This document shows, one piece after another, positions 37,621-50,830 of a stretch of 64,000 nt of DNA. The translations under genes and the position numbers were made by a program. This stretch comes from Camelus dromedarius (lineage: Eukaryota), in NCBI RefSeq assembly GCF_036321535.1, contig NC_087436.1:13702001-13766000 (forward strand), given 5' to 3'. How positions within the stretch are numbered: position 1 is the stretch's first letter; every line of letters starts with the position of its first letter. The notes under the pieces were generated by a model. It was not told the origin of the DNA and ran no database searches. It was given only the letters and a program-made list of their open reading frames with translations.

Positions 37621-40159
37621 GCTGGACCACTCCTGTCATGCCTGAGACTCCAGCAGAGGATGCTGCAGCCCGGCTCTAGCCGCCTGCGTGACGCTGCCCA
37701 GGGAGCTGCCGCGGACGGGGGGCGGGGCGGGGCGCTGGGCAGCTTCCAAACCTCCTGAGGACCTGTGTCAGCTACCCCACCTAAGACCTGAGCATTGCCC
37801 CCTTGGGGAAAGGGACAGCCCAGGACCAGTGCTGCAAAGGTAGAAGGTGCAGTCTCGGAGCCATGAAACTGTGAATTCAGGCCTCACCCAGCTTTAAATG
37901 CTACCAAAGAAAGAAAAAACTGCCGAGGATAAACCAGGTAAAGGATCTGGAAAATAAGAGGCAGTCCACGCTCTTGATGAAAGATTGCATTCCAAGAAAA
38001 AGACAACAAAAACAATGCAGGCTCACACCCTGCACAGCAGGGCTCGTCCTGCTTTGCAGGACTGGGAGGCTTCTCTTAATTCCTGCCGTTTTTTTATTTA
38101 TTTATTTTTTTCCCTAAGAAGGGCTGGCAAAAACTCCAAGTTGATATAACTGCAAAGTTTGGAAGAGACTCTCTCTTGCATATGTTGTATAAACTTCTAA
38201 ATGGCAGCTTCTCAATTTCCAGCTTCTAATTACTCGTTTCCAAAGTGATTGAAACAGAAAGAGATGAGAGCAAGAGGGAGGCCCAGTCTTGCCCAGAAGG
38301 GCCAAGGGAAAAGATCCTGGGGTCCCAGAGGACCACAGGGTCTCAGCTCTTCCTTGTTCACACTCGGCATAAATACTAAGAGAGAAAACAGTCTGCACAT
38401 TGTGAAGACAGAGTTTAAAAGAACCGTATTCACACTCAACCGCGCTACGCACCTCCAAAACGACACACTAAACACTCTCTCTCACATAGTGCGCTTATCC
38501 ATGGATGTTGTACTAAGGAATGTGCAGCCTCTACTCCAGAATCTTGAAAAAAAAATTTATGAACCAATTCACTAAAACACATGTTCCAGGATTTCAAATT
38601 AAACAGCGAGCCGGAAATGAGTGGGAGATTGGGAAGAGCTGGCCTTGGCCCTCACCTCTGCGGCCGCAGCCCTGCTTCTCTGCCCGAAGTGGACTTTTAG
38701 GAACAGTGCCTAGTAGGGGAGGGCCCCTCGCTGTCTCTCCATCCCCTTGGGGGGCTAAAGCACATAAAGGGCTGAAGGGAAAGGGTTCCCTGCACAGGAC
38801 CCCTCAGCACCCCTGTCTCTGCTCAGGCCCCCTGAGCAATGTGTGTGCATAAAGACAGCACCCCTGTCTCTCCCCGGCACCCCTCCTTCTCCCAGCCGCC
38901 TCCCCCAACTTACATAAACTCGGAGAGCGGCAGGCGGACAGAAGAGGAGCCATGCCTTAAATCTGACAGCATATAAAGGCAGAGAAGGCAACGGAGCAGT
39001 TTTTCTTTAAGACAGAAACTTCAAAATGCTGAAACGCTGGCCTCTCCTATCAACAGCTTTCAGGATGTCAACAGAAGCTGAATCCAGGAGATGTGGAACT
39101 GGATGTTCACTCTACAGTTCTTCCAAGTCTTCTTTCTTTTTGAACTTTTTCATGAGAAAAAGAAAAATTTATGTACTTCTGGATTTTAGAGGTATCTCGG
39201 TGAACACAGATGAAAAGTGGAAAAGAGGATAGTCTGTGATTTAAAACAAAAAGAGCCAGACACCCATGTTTGCCAGTAATTTCTAATTTCAAGTCTGAGA
39301 GGTGAACACACAAATAACTTTATTTTCCAGAACAGGACAAAGAAGCACCTACAGCCGTGGTTCCACTGGGATGTGGGAAATGCCTGACCTGAGAGGCAGA
39401 CTTCAAAAATGTATCTTTGAAAGTATGAATAACATAAAATGTAAGATCTAATTTAAACAAATTAAGTCTCCAGGTAGATGATTCTATGGAGCATAGAGTT
39501 TCAAACTGGGCTGGAGAGTTACAGGTTTCTGACCAGTTTATCTCGGGGGCTGAGGGAGAGGTGCTGAAAACGCAGGTGTGACAGGCTGTTCTGTGCTTCG
39601 AGCATCACGAGGCCTAGCTCAGAACAAGGTGAATAAGGGTATTTCTCTCTGTGACTCCAATGAGCCCACGTCCTGGGGCGGATGGTTCTGGGGCCAGTTG
39701 ACTCCGCAGCTCAGTGACGTCACAGCGTTGTGGCATCTTCCCACCTGGCCGGTCCCTCAGCCTCACATCCTCACTGGGGTTCTTCAGAGGCCAGAAAAAC
39801 CTTCCCCAGAGTCCTCAAGCTATACTCCCTTCAAAACTGTCTTCAGAATGGCCAATCCTAAATCACCCGCTGGCGAAAGCAAGGGAACCAGCGTGACACT
39901 GTCGTAGTCACACTACACACACACATCTGTGCAGAGAGGACTGATTGAGACGAACTGAGATCAGCCTCTGGGGCTGGGGGACAGGGTCGGCCTAATGAGA
40001 TGGGCAGAGGGAGGTTCTTGAAAGGAAAATATCCCTTTGCCTCAGTGGACCTCCCCATCTCCAGTGTAACAGAGCAGCCCACATGTATGGTTTGTACACC
40101 AGGCTTCTACAGAAAATTCTTCTTCAACAAAGCACTCAGTGATTTTAAATGTTTTATTT

Positions 40160-40278
40160 TATTTGGAGGGAAGGGGGTAATTAGGTTTATTTGTTTATTT
40201 TAACGGAGGTACTGGGGATTGAACTCAGGACCTCGTGCATGCTAGACATGCACTTTGCCACTGAGCTATACCCTCCCC
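40160..40278 (-). mobile_element. vic-1-like SINE
   Basis: ggaggtactggggattgaactcaggacctcgtgcatgc...ctgagctataccctcccc; flanking aaatgtttt repeat. Confidence 0.9.
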
Positions 40279-41221
40279 TCTAAAATGTTTTATTTTTTGA
40301 AACTGTGGTTTAGGCCAAGCTTCAAGGCAAGTACTATTTGATATCTTTCTAAAGAATTGCCATCCACTAAATCCATACCCCCATCCATGTGGCTACCCTG
40401 ACTCTGAATGGGATTCTCTGCAACCAGCCACTTTCCAACTTCCGGTACCCCTCCCCGGAGCGCAGCTGGCTTGGCATCACAAGCCTTGCTGGCCAGGCCC
40501 TGGAGGATTAGCCTTCAGACTTCTCTGGCCAGGGCCGCCACCCTCTCCCTAGGCAGCAGGGCAGCCACATCCTTTTAACAGGCTGCAGCAGTTTCACACT
40601 TGTTGGGCAGAGAGCTGCTACTCCTCCCCCAGGACCCCTCCCACCTCCCCAGGACTGAGCAAGTAAAGGGGAGATGCCTGGCAGAGCAGGTGCCCCCAGC
40701 GCCCACTGCCTAGGTCAGAGCCCGTGTCCAGAGCCTCATCCTCACCCACCTGAGGCTGTAAGCTCTACCCCAGCTCCCCTACGCCACAGCCCCACCTCCA
40801 CAACCCCAGCTCCTGGTCACTAAACAGCTCTGCACAGTTTCCCCTTTCCCAAGGCCTCAGAACCCTCATCTGCAAGAAGACAAGTTCCCACTCTCCAGGT
40901 GAGACAGCCTTCAGCGAGATCTCCAACTGGGTGGTCCACGACTGGGTGCTAACAGCCTCCGCGGGAGCCCAGCCCTGGCGTTCAGATGGTATCAGGCACT
41001 TGGGGTAGCTATTTCTCAGTCAGCTTCCCTCTTTATCCTGAGTCTCCCTAAGCCAAGATGCCTTATTTTCTCATGTACCTTATGGCATAATAAGCAAAAA
41101 TAACATTTCACTACCAAGTGAAAACACTGAACAGCTTCAAGTACATTCTTCCAGACTGCACAAGCAATTCTGTCTGTCTGTGCAGTGTCATACAGGTAGT
41201 TCTGTTTTCTTCTCTTTTAAC

Positions 41222-41395
41222 TTTTTTTGTTTATTTGATTTATTAAAGTATTTAACTTATTAAATTATTTACTTAATTATTTTAAATGGAAAATTTTATT
41301 CATTTATTTATTTTTAAAATGGAGGTACCGGGAATTGAACCCAGGACCTTGTGAAAGTTAACCATGCTCCCCATCACCAAGCTATACCCACCCCA
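41222..41395 (-). mobile_element. vic-1-like SINE, diverged
   Basis: ggaggtaccgggaattgaacccaggacc ... agctataccc. Confidence 0.8.
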
Positions 41396-41534
41396 CCCCA
41401 CCCCACCTCTGGTAGTTCCCTGATTTGAACAGCATCCCTGGGAACTGTTACAAAGATAAAACAAACATATGGGTAGCCCTACCATAGAACCTGGCACAGA
41501 CCCACTCAGTCAACATCCCCCTTGAAGAGAAATG

Positions 41535-41650
41535 ATTTCATTACTGAAGTACAACTGATACATAACATTAGATTAGTTTCAGGTGTACAACATAATGTGT
41601 TGATACTTGTGTGTATTACAAAATGATCATCACAAAGTTAACATCTGCCT
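41535..41650 (-). mobile_element. L1 (L1MA9-like) 3' tail
   Basis: tgatacataacattagattagtttcaggtgtacaacataatg. Confidence 0.7.
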
Positions 41651-41919
41651 ATAATTTTTTCTATTAAAAATTCATTATCATAAACATCTTTCTCTCTCAA
41701 ATATTTTACTATAACATTACCTACATGGATGTACTGTTCACCATATAGGTTGTTTCTAATTTTTTCCCAGCACAGAAAGATAAACATCTTTTTAAGGATA
41801 TCTTTGTAAACTTAGCCTACTGTTTCTTTAAGAAGCAGTCTAACTTCTCTAAAGCACACACACACCTTGATATGTGCTGCTGACGGCCTACTCCACTCTG
41901 AAGAGTTTCTTTTACCCAG

Positions 41920-42375
41920 AACGCCTTTAATCCTCGCATAATCCTGTGACTGTGCTACAGGTACAATTACTGTCCCAATTTTACAGATGAGAAAACTGAG
42001 GCTCAAGATCACACAGCTGGTAAGTCACAGAGGCAGGGGCCTTACCCACATTAATTCTGGCTTCTCAAAAGCAACAATTTCTAAAAAACAGGATTCTCCC
42101 CTGGAGAAGGGAAAGGGTGCAGGGTGGAGCAGGGTCCCTGGATGTGCCACGGGGGCCACAACTAAAACGATGGCAACCTCCTCAATCTCACAGCAGGTGA
42201 TACTGGAGCACTTACGCTTACTTACCTGTTTCTTACAAGCTCTGTGGTAAGAACTATTCACAATCCACACGTTTTAGAGCAGGGGAAACTGAGGCACAGA
42301 GAGCTCTGGCAACTTGCTAAGAAGTAGGAAGTCAGCTCCCAACCCAGATGGTCCAGCTCCAAGCACACTTTTCAG
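41920..42375 (-). mobile_element. Two MIR fragments
   Basis: cccaattttacagatgagaaaactgaggctc and ggggaaactgaggcacagag cores. Confidence 0.7.
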
Positions 42376-42724
42376 CCACGGACCTATGACCCTACCACAA
42401 GGTTAGAAGTCACACCCTGTCTCAGGTCATCCTTCCCACCTCCACGGGAGTTTCACATCTTATTTCATAGCTCTGCCCACAACCACCTCAGAAACCTGAC
42501 AGGAAGGGGCCGAGCCTGGCTCAGTTCCTACCGTCTTGAGCCCCTCCTCACCAGCTGTCTCCTCCACTCCGCCCACCGCCCACCCTCCCACTCAGGATTC
42601 CTCTCATCCAGGACCCCTCCACACCCGCGACCTCCGCCCAGCTTCCTGTTCTGTTCTCCCTCCCCTAGCCCCAACCCAACATCCTATGAAGCCAAAGAGA
42701 TAAGTAAAGAGAACCAAACCCTGG

Positions 42725-42812
42725 TGTACAGCACAATGTCCCAGAGATTGACACACTGTAATTGACTGCACTTCAATAAAAATTAATTAATTAAATAAAA
42801 CCCCACACAAAA
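42725..42812 (+). mobile_element. Short L1 tail
   Basis: ccagagattgacacactgtaattgactgcacttcaataaaaa; flanking agaaccaaac repeat. Confidence 0.75.
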
Positions 42813-43569
42813 AAGAACCAAACTGAAAACCCAGCTCATAAGCACACATTATGTGTCGCCAGAGTCACACATTCCTTCTTAAAAACGTTATCTACAGCCC
42901 TTGAGAGCAGAGCCTGTGTTTATAACATCCTAGTTTAATCAGCACTTACGAGTTTTCTAGTAACATGCAATGCCGGTTCCTATTACTGGAATATTGTCTT
43001 TTCATCACTGATCACAGCAGAATATTCATTTTCCCCAGGTCCAATCTGGTAACTCTGAGATACTTTCTGCATAACCTTGGGACTCAAACAATGACTTAAG
43101 CAAAGTTTTGTGCGTATTTGTTAACTGTAGAGATTCAAAATAGCCTTTGAAAATCTCTCCAACATGGAAAATGAAGTGATTTGGATGAGGATGAGTGAAA
43201 ATACAAATTTTCAACAAGCTCTCACTATTTTCAATCCCAAGCGAACTGAAGAGAAAAATAATACTATGCATTTAATTATTAAGAATTACCTACAATCAGA
43301 CCAATATGTTAATTGTAAGGCACCACCCTCATGGATGTTTTGATCAGCTCGCTGGAGCTAAATGATGTACCTTTAAAAAAACTGTTCTTTTAAATAATCT
43401 TTGGGTCAAAGTTTTCATAACTCAATACTGCATTTTGTTACACGGATTAACAACATTTCAATACATGTAAATAAATGGCACTTGCCCACCTTGTGTTTCT
43501 TGTTCTACTCATGTTAGAACAGAGGGAAACTAAAGAAAGAAATGAGCACGAGGGAGAACTTTCTAGTCC

Positions 43570-43790
43570 TTTTATGCCTGTAGACGTGAGAAATCCGAGT
43601 CCGGTGGTTTGATCCTGGGACTCATCTCAGCTCCACCACTTCTCAGCCGTGGAAGAACTGAGAGGCATGAGTCACCGCGGTCACAATGAAATGGCGAGAT
43701 GGTCACCTTCTGTTGGGAGGGTCCCTGAATTAAATAAGCTGATACTTACAAAAACAACCAGAAATGTGAGACATTTGATAACTGTCAGTT
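43570..43790 (+). mobile_element. MIR fragment
   Basis: atctcagctccaccactt ... gaattaaataagctgatac. Confidence 0.4.
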
Positions 43791-44013
43791 GTCTACAGCC
43801 AGAATCCTGGTTTCACTGCCCTCATCTTCCAGCTGAGGTTGGCTCTACAAGGTCACACGGACCAGGTGACAATACACAGCCGTGTGTTCTATACTGGAAA
43901 CTGTGTATGAAAACCAGCATGCTTAGTTTTAAAAATTAATTTTAATTTAATATCCAAGTGAATTTTTTAGGCTACAAAAGGGATACATGCCCAGTATAAT
44001 AAAAACTGTAGCA

Positions 44014-45163
44014 TTTCCCTAGGCAACAGAAATAAAAGCAAAAATAAACAAACGGAACCTAATTAAATTTATAAGTTTTTGCACAGCAAAGGAAACCATA
44101 AACAAAACAAAAAAGGCAACCCGCAGACAGGGAGAAAACATTTGCAAATGATGCGACTGACAAGGGCTTAACTTCCAGAAAATACAAACAGTTCATACAA
44201 CTCAGTAACAAAAAAAAACAAACAACTCATTCAAAAAATGGGCAGAAGAGCTAAACAGACATTCTCCAATGAAAACATGCAGATGGGCAACCAGCACATG
44301 AAAAGATGCTCAATATCGCTAATTATCGGAGAAATGCAAATCAAAACTACAATAAAGTAATCACCTCACACTGATCAGAATGGCCATTGTTAAAAAGCTC
44401 ACAAATGATAAATGCTGGAGAGAATGTGGAGAAAGGAACCCCTCCTACACTGCTGATGGGAATGTAAACTGGTACCGCCATTATGGAAAACAGTATGGAG
44501 AGTCCTTAAAAAATGAGGTAATCCCACTCCTGGGCATATATCCAGAGAAAACTCCAATTCGAAAAAATACATGCACCCCAATGTTCATAGCAACAATAGC
44601 CAAGACATGGAAGCAACCTAAATGTTCACTGACTGGATAACAAAGTTGTGGTGTACATATATATATACATATACACACACACACATATACACACAATGGA
44701 ATACTACTCAGCCATAAAAAAGAATGAAATAATGCCACTTTAAGCAACATGGATGGACCTAGAAAATATTACACTTAGTGAGGTAAGTTGGACAGAGAGA
44801 CAAATATCATATGATGTCACTTATGTGTAAATTCTTTAAAAATGACGCAAATGAACTTATTTACAAAAGAGAAAGAGACGCAAAGACATAGAAAACAAAT
44901 TTATGGCTACCAAAGGAAAAAGGTCAGAAGGGGAGGGATAAATTGAGTTTGGGATTAACAGATACACACTACTGTATACAGAATAAACAACAAGGTGCTA
45001 TCATACAGCACAGGGAACTATATTCAATATATTGTATAACCGATAATAAAAAAAGAATATGAGTAAGAATATATATGTACGTATAACTGAATCACTATGC
45101 TGCATACCAGAAACTAATACAACACTGTACATCAACTATCCTTCAATAAAAAATAAAAATAAA
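44014..45163 (+). mobile_element. 5'-truncated L1 (~1.15 kb), disrupted ORF2 C-terminus
   Basis: ORF 44380-44640 includes NDKCWREC and IPLLGIYPEK...TCTPMFIA...IAKTWKQPKC; TSD ataaaaac(t/g)gtagca at 43999-44013 and 45164-45178. Confidence 0.93.
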
Positions 45164-45670
45164 ATAAAAACGGTAGCAAGTGGAGTCAAGGTCAGGACTT
45201 GCCCGTATGGTGCTTTTGTACAAATCTGAATGAGAGACCTCCTCCGGGGGGACGCAGCTGCAAGGGCAGCAGGTTGGTGTGGCCACCCGTGTGCAGCGGC
45301 ACAAAGTAAACCGATCAGGTCACCTACCCTTCCAGCCCCTCTCCCTGAAGGCCAGAACAGACTTACCGCTTCAGCACTTCAATTTCCATAAAAATTAAGC
45401 TAAATACTTATTTACTATAATAAGAAGTATGCTAAAGTCTCGTGCTCAGGATTCTGTTTTACAGTAGAAATAACATGTGCGAAGAGCCACCAAATATATG
45501 TAAAACTAGACATCATAGGATAAATGCCTCAAAAGTGGTAAGTTTAGAAAACCCACATACTCTAATAGTCTAAATAACTTCTGGATACTAAAAGCGTTTA
45601 TTTGGGAAAACAGAAGAAACCTTAAAAAAAAAAAAAGTACTCTACAAAAAAGTAGTACTCCACGAAAGTA

Positions 45671-46142
45671 CAGCTCTTCCTCAATATACCACAGGGTTAT
45701 GTCCAGACAAACCCACCATACGCTGAAAGTATCGTTAAGTCAAAAATGCATTTCATACACCGAACCCACTGAACACCTAGCTTGGTGCAGCCTACCTTAA
45801 ACATACTTCAGACACTTACGTTGGCCTACAGTTTGGGCAAAATCACCTAAAACAGAGCCGATAAAGTGTTGACTATCCCATGTCACTGACTAAATACCAT
45901 CCTGAAAGTGGAAAACAGAATGACTATCAGTGTATATCGGTTGTTTGCTCGTGATCGCCTGGCTGACTGGGAGCTGCCGGTGCCCAGCACTACACGAGAG
46001 GATCAGATCACACACTGCTAGCCCGGGAAAAGACGCAAATTCCAAGTTCCACACACGACGTCTGCTGAGTGCGTATCGCTTTTGCACCATCGTGAAGTTG
46101 AACCTTTATAAAGTTGAACTATTCCATGTCGGAGACCACCTG
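45671..46142 (+). mobile_element. Tigger5/MER47-family non-autonomous DNA transposon
   Basis: Ends cagctcttcctc ... tcggagaccacctg with TA on both sides. The internal text gcctaccttaaac...cagacacttac...gcgtatcgcttttgcaccatcgt matches recalled MER47. Confidence 0.85.
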
Positions 46143-48086
46143 TATTACTTAAAAGGCAATACAGAGAATAACTATATTAAATATATATGGAGGGTTTTCA
46201 GTATGTTTAAAAAATAATAAATGCACAAACCATACAAACTGGAAGAAAACGACTAATGTGACAAAATAAAGTTGTCCCGAAACAGACTTAAAGGAGTAAG
46301 AGTGATTTTTACTAACCATCTGAATGATTTTAGAGAGAGACAGAAAACTGACATGGTTCACTAAGAAAACAATACAGAAGACTGAGATTTAATTTCATAT
46401 GATCAACACCTATAATTACCACCTACCTGATCAAAATCCCAAAGGGAAGGGGGCATAGAGAAAAAACACAGTCCAAACTCTAGATGTTTTTTCCCTCATC
46501 CCAGTATCCTATTCCACTTACCTCCCCCTTCTCTCCTTTTATTAGTTAATATCCCAGGTGTGCAGGTCTCCTGAAGCATCTCTCTCCTTCTCCAGTTTCC
46601 CTTTTTATCCCCAATTCAAAAGCAGAAATAAAAAGAAAATGTAAATAGCGTGCGTTTAAGTGAGAGACGGTCCTTAAACTCAGCAAGAGACCAGGTCACC
46701 TGGTATCTGAGCGTCCATGAACCCAGCTCCACATGCCACGAATATGTTTCTGAACTCTCCAAAACAGTGCCCACGACACATCTCTGAACTGCGTTTTGTC
46801 TTTGTTGTGCTTGTGTGCTTTGGTTTTCGGCTCATTTTTTCCATCTGGAATTCAGTTTCCAATGGGGAGCAACACGACTTTAATGGACCCTTACTGTATC
46901 CACGGTAACTTTAAGAAGCTTAGGCAATTGGGAAGTACCTTCCTCCCTTAATTATGGTCTAAATGTGGTCAATTAATGAAACCCCTTCCCAACTACCTAA
47001 ACACACTTCCAAATTAAAACGAAACCTGAATTTACAACCCAGGTTAAATGGATTATAAGATTAAGGACTAGCGTGCAAGGGCTTTCTCCACCTCACTCTC
47101 ACATTTCAACCTCAAATTACCCCAGCCCTCTAATGACCAGAGTCGTCACTGCGAAGGCGCCTAATTGCCCACGAATTACGCCAACGGTAACCAATTTCAA
47201 GATCACAGATCAGATTTTCCCCAAACATGAAATCTGCTAATTAAGTTACACGAAAGTCAAACTAACAGGCAATTTGGATGTGACATTTATCCTCAAAGTA
47301 GACGGAGAGATAAAGTATTAACATTCACAGTAACAGCAGCTATTCCTTCCGTGAGCGCTATTAACACACCCAGATCATGGCAGCTAAAGCACACGGAAGC
47401 AGAAGGAGACTCATTTTCGTGATTCGAGCATTTCCAGGAAGCAACAGAAGGATTCTCCCTCCAAACCAATAAACGGCTCTCAGGGATCGGCTGCAGCATG
47501 CGAGTCAACCCACGCCGCTTCATTTGCTGGGTTTAAACTGGAATAAAACCAGTTTCAGATACTTCCACACGCAGACCCAACACAACACACGCAGCCCGGC
47601 GGCAGCTTCAGTGGTTGTATTTTTCTGAATATGAATCAAAGGACTGTGGTTTGATTTCATGGTTTTGCCTATTTGCTAAGCCTCAGTATATACTGAAATA
47701 TTCTTCAATCTTCCCAGAAGGAAAAACAAAACAAACAAAAAAAAACCCACAAAAAAATTTCTTGTCTCTAGCGCCCACAATTTTGTGTAAATAAAATAAA
47801 GAACTCCCTTGGATGTGCTCTTGCAGATACACAAAGACATAATTTAGAAATAAAACCCATTCCACCAAAAGGCCAGGTTCAATGAGTTGGTAAAGAAAAC
47901 CCGTGGGGCCTGTTGCGGCCCCTGGAGTCCTGGAAATGCAGCTCAAAGAATGACAGTCCCAGCCAGTGGCTTCACAGGGCACCAGCTCAGTACCAAAGGT
48001 GTTTCCTAGGAGCCCCAGAGTTGGGGGAGGGCACAGGGAAAGGAGGTGAGGTGACCCTCAGGAGGGCTCAGGAGCGAGTCTCCATT

Positions 48087-48527
48087 TGTAGCAGCTTGCA
48101 TTGTGTGCCCGATGATGACATGCTGTGGTCCTAACCCGCGGGACCTCAGAACCCGACCTTACTTGGAAACAGGGTGGTCGCAGATGTCATTAGTTGAGAT
48201 CAGGCCTTATGGGGTAGGGTGGGCCCGTTCTAAGGAGACAGCCATGTGAAAACACGGAGACACACAAGGAGACCCGTGTGTGATGTCAGAGGCAGAGCCT
48301 GGAGGGATGCGGTTGCAAGCCAAGGATCTTGAAGGTCACTGGCAAGTCCGCAGAAGCTAAGGAGAGGCAAGGAGGGAGCCCCCTTACATGGTTCAGAGGG
48401 AGTGTGGCCCTGCCAACACCTCGCTTTCAGATTCCCAGCCCCCAGAACTGAGAGAGAATAAACTTGTGTTGTTTGAAGCAACCCAGTTTGCGGTACTTTG
48501 TTATGGCAGCCCCAGGAAACTAAGGCA
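48087..48527 (+). mobile_element. MaLR solo LTR (MLT1B/C-like)
   Basis: tg...accttacttggaaacaggg ... ggccctgccaacacc ... ccagaactgagagagaataaa ... ttgttatggcagccccaggaaactaaggca. Confidence 0.88.
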
Positions 48528-49509
48528 GCACACCTGAACTTGGGCTTCTTCCTCCAGCCCTCCCCACTCTGGCCCCTTCAGCTGCCAACGGCTCCCACTG
48601 CACCACAAAGAGCGCAGGGAACCCCCAGCCTGTGCTTTGCCTGGGGGGGCCTCCCTCCCCCAAGGGGTCTCAGGACAGGCTCAGCCACCCAAGGCCCTGG
48701 TCTCAACCATGTCCCTTCCGTCCAGCCCTGCCCTGCCCCTGGGTACCATCCCTGCTCCTCCAGCCAGCATCCCAGCCGGGAGACGGGGTGGGGTGGGGGA
48801 ATCGGGCCGGATGTGCAAGGTCCTGCGGTGTGGGTGGGGCCTGTGCTGCTTCTGCCCACCCCCCACTTTCTCACAGCATTTTTAGAACACTTCTTTCAGT
48901 TTTTACTTAAGTAATATGCTTCCTCATGTCCTAGCAAGCCCCCTTACAGGCTCACACACTCTCTCTCACACACACACATACAGCCACGTGCCCACAGGGA
49001 GCTGGGCCAAGAAGCAGATCTGAGCACATACACACCGCCCAGTACTGTGAATGGCCACTCCCATCCCATAACTGAGACTTTCTGTTTTGGGGCCAAGGTT
49101 TTCTGCCAGATTCACTTCCCTTATAATGAATGGATTATCCCTGAGAAAGTTCCTCAGTTCTCTCTGGAAGCCGCCCTGGACGGCCTCACCCACCTGTTGA
49201 CCAGGCCTGCCAGGGCCGGATGGACCTCAACCGGCGGGGGGTGAGGGACAGTCAGGCTCACCCTGGAACCTATTCCCAACCCCATAACCACGACAGAACT
49301 CTGTTAGGAAAACTGGGTCGGCTGGCTGAAGCCTGATCACCGAGAGGGACATGGGTATCTGGGTTTGCTAAAACCCCAGGTGGTGATGGGGGGCCGGTGC
49401 TGCAGGACAGCCAGGTCTCCCCACTCGCACCCACTGTTTCATCTGCAAGTCCACTTCTGCTTCAACCAAAAGCATATTTCAGAAAGTGCTTCCTTAGATG
49501 CCTTGGCCG

Positions 49510-49692
49510 GGACCTGTGGTTCTCGGCCCTGGGCTGCATCACAATCACTTGGAAGGCTTGTTCAAACAGCTCGCAGGCCCCACCCGGGAGCCTCTGATTC
49601 AGCAGGCCTGGGGTGGGGTCTGGGAACGGCCCGACAGGTTCCCAGGCACTGCTGATTCTGTCGGTTCCAGGACGAGACTTTGAGAAACGCTG
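49510..49692. mobile_element. MER5A hAT MITE
   Basis: tgtggttctc...gctgcatcacaatcacttgg ... ctgattcagcagg ... actttgagaaacgctg. Confidence 0.75.
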
Positions 49693-50629
49693 CCTGGCTC
49701 TTCCCTTCCTTGCTGGGCACAAGTGACAGGGACTGCAATGACCCTCTCCCACCCAGCCCCTCCCCTACGGCAGCTCGGGGTGCACCATTCCCCGTGACTG
49801 ACCCCAAGGCTGATCCCAGCGGTCCCACCACTCCCTAGGCTGGGGAGGGTGCAGGGTGAGTAGGTACAGACCCATTTTGACCTGTGAGGTGTAAAGGGAA
49901 GTTCGCCGAGGGGTGCCCCTGAGAAAGGCACAGGACCAAGGCTCTTGTAACCTGATCACGATGTTCACGTGGGAAGCCCTGCAAGGCCCGCAGGCCTCCC
50001 GCAAGCTGGGTGGCGGGGGCTGCTGGGCCAAACAGGGGCCCACAGCACAGACAGGTGGGAAGAGCCCGGCTGCCTGGCTGGGCTCACCTGCTCAGTAAAC
50101 CAACCCAGCACCACCCTGCCTCCGGGCTTCTTGTTAAGTGACATAATACATTCTTTATTATTTGAGCTGGTTGAGTCAGGGCTCTCTGTTACTTGAAGCT
50201 GAAAATATCTAATCACAAAGCAAAGCCAGCTCACCGGATAGCACGTCCATCCGAGGACACAGGGCAACCTCTCGGCGGGCGCTGCAGTGGCAGGTGTTCC
50301 AAATTGTCACCCTAAAATCCCAGAGGTAAACTTTCCCAATGATTCCAAAAGCCATGCAGCTGACAGTGGAGGAACACTTAGAAATCGTGTGAAACTGAAG
50401 AAGCAAACCATCCAGCGCACAGTGAAGGGTTCTGAAGACCCGGCTCGGGGTCTGCCTTACAAGAGCCATGCTCACTTTTCCCAGGGGTTTGCTAGGAACC
50501 CCAGCTGCTAAAGCTTCCTAGAGAATTCACCTGCTTTCACACATCAATCTTAGACTTACCTTCCTTCTGTGGAGAGCAGGTATGGAGTATATCTAACTGG
50601 GAAAATGGTTTTCTAACCTACTTCACTAT

Positions 50630-50830
50630 AGATACAAGGTGGACCAGTGGATCTGGGAAGAGGACACCCCAGCTGGCTGGCCTGTTCTGCCACCACGTAG
50701 CTCTGTGATCTTAAACTGCTTTGCCTTTAGCAACTTGTTCCTCAGCTACAAAACGGGAATACCAGTACATACATGCCGGTTTCCTAAGAAAAATGCACGT
50801 GTGAAAAGCACTCTATAAACCATAAAGTCC
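50630..50830 (+). mobile_element. MIR
   Basis: tctgccaccacgtagctctgtgatctt ... ctacaaaacgggaat. Confidence 0.55.

Noticed and set aside
44380..44640. Protein-like ORFs here and at 24679, 60907 and 62727
   Set aside because: Disrupted L1 ORF2 C-terminal remnants, not host genes.
50554..50594. Consensus donor AAG|GTAAGT with possible 7-, 33- or 37-nt exons (33 nt is open in frame)
   Set aside because: Three competing acceptors with none clearly preferred and no homology; such sites are expected by chance in a 60-kb intron.
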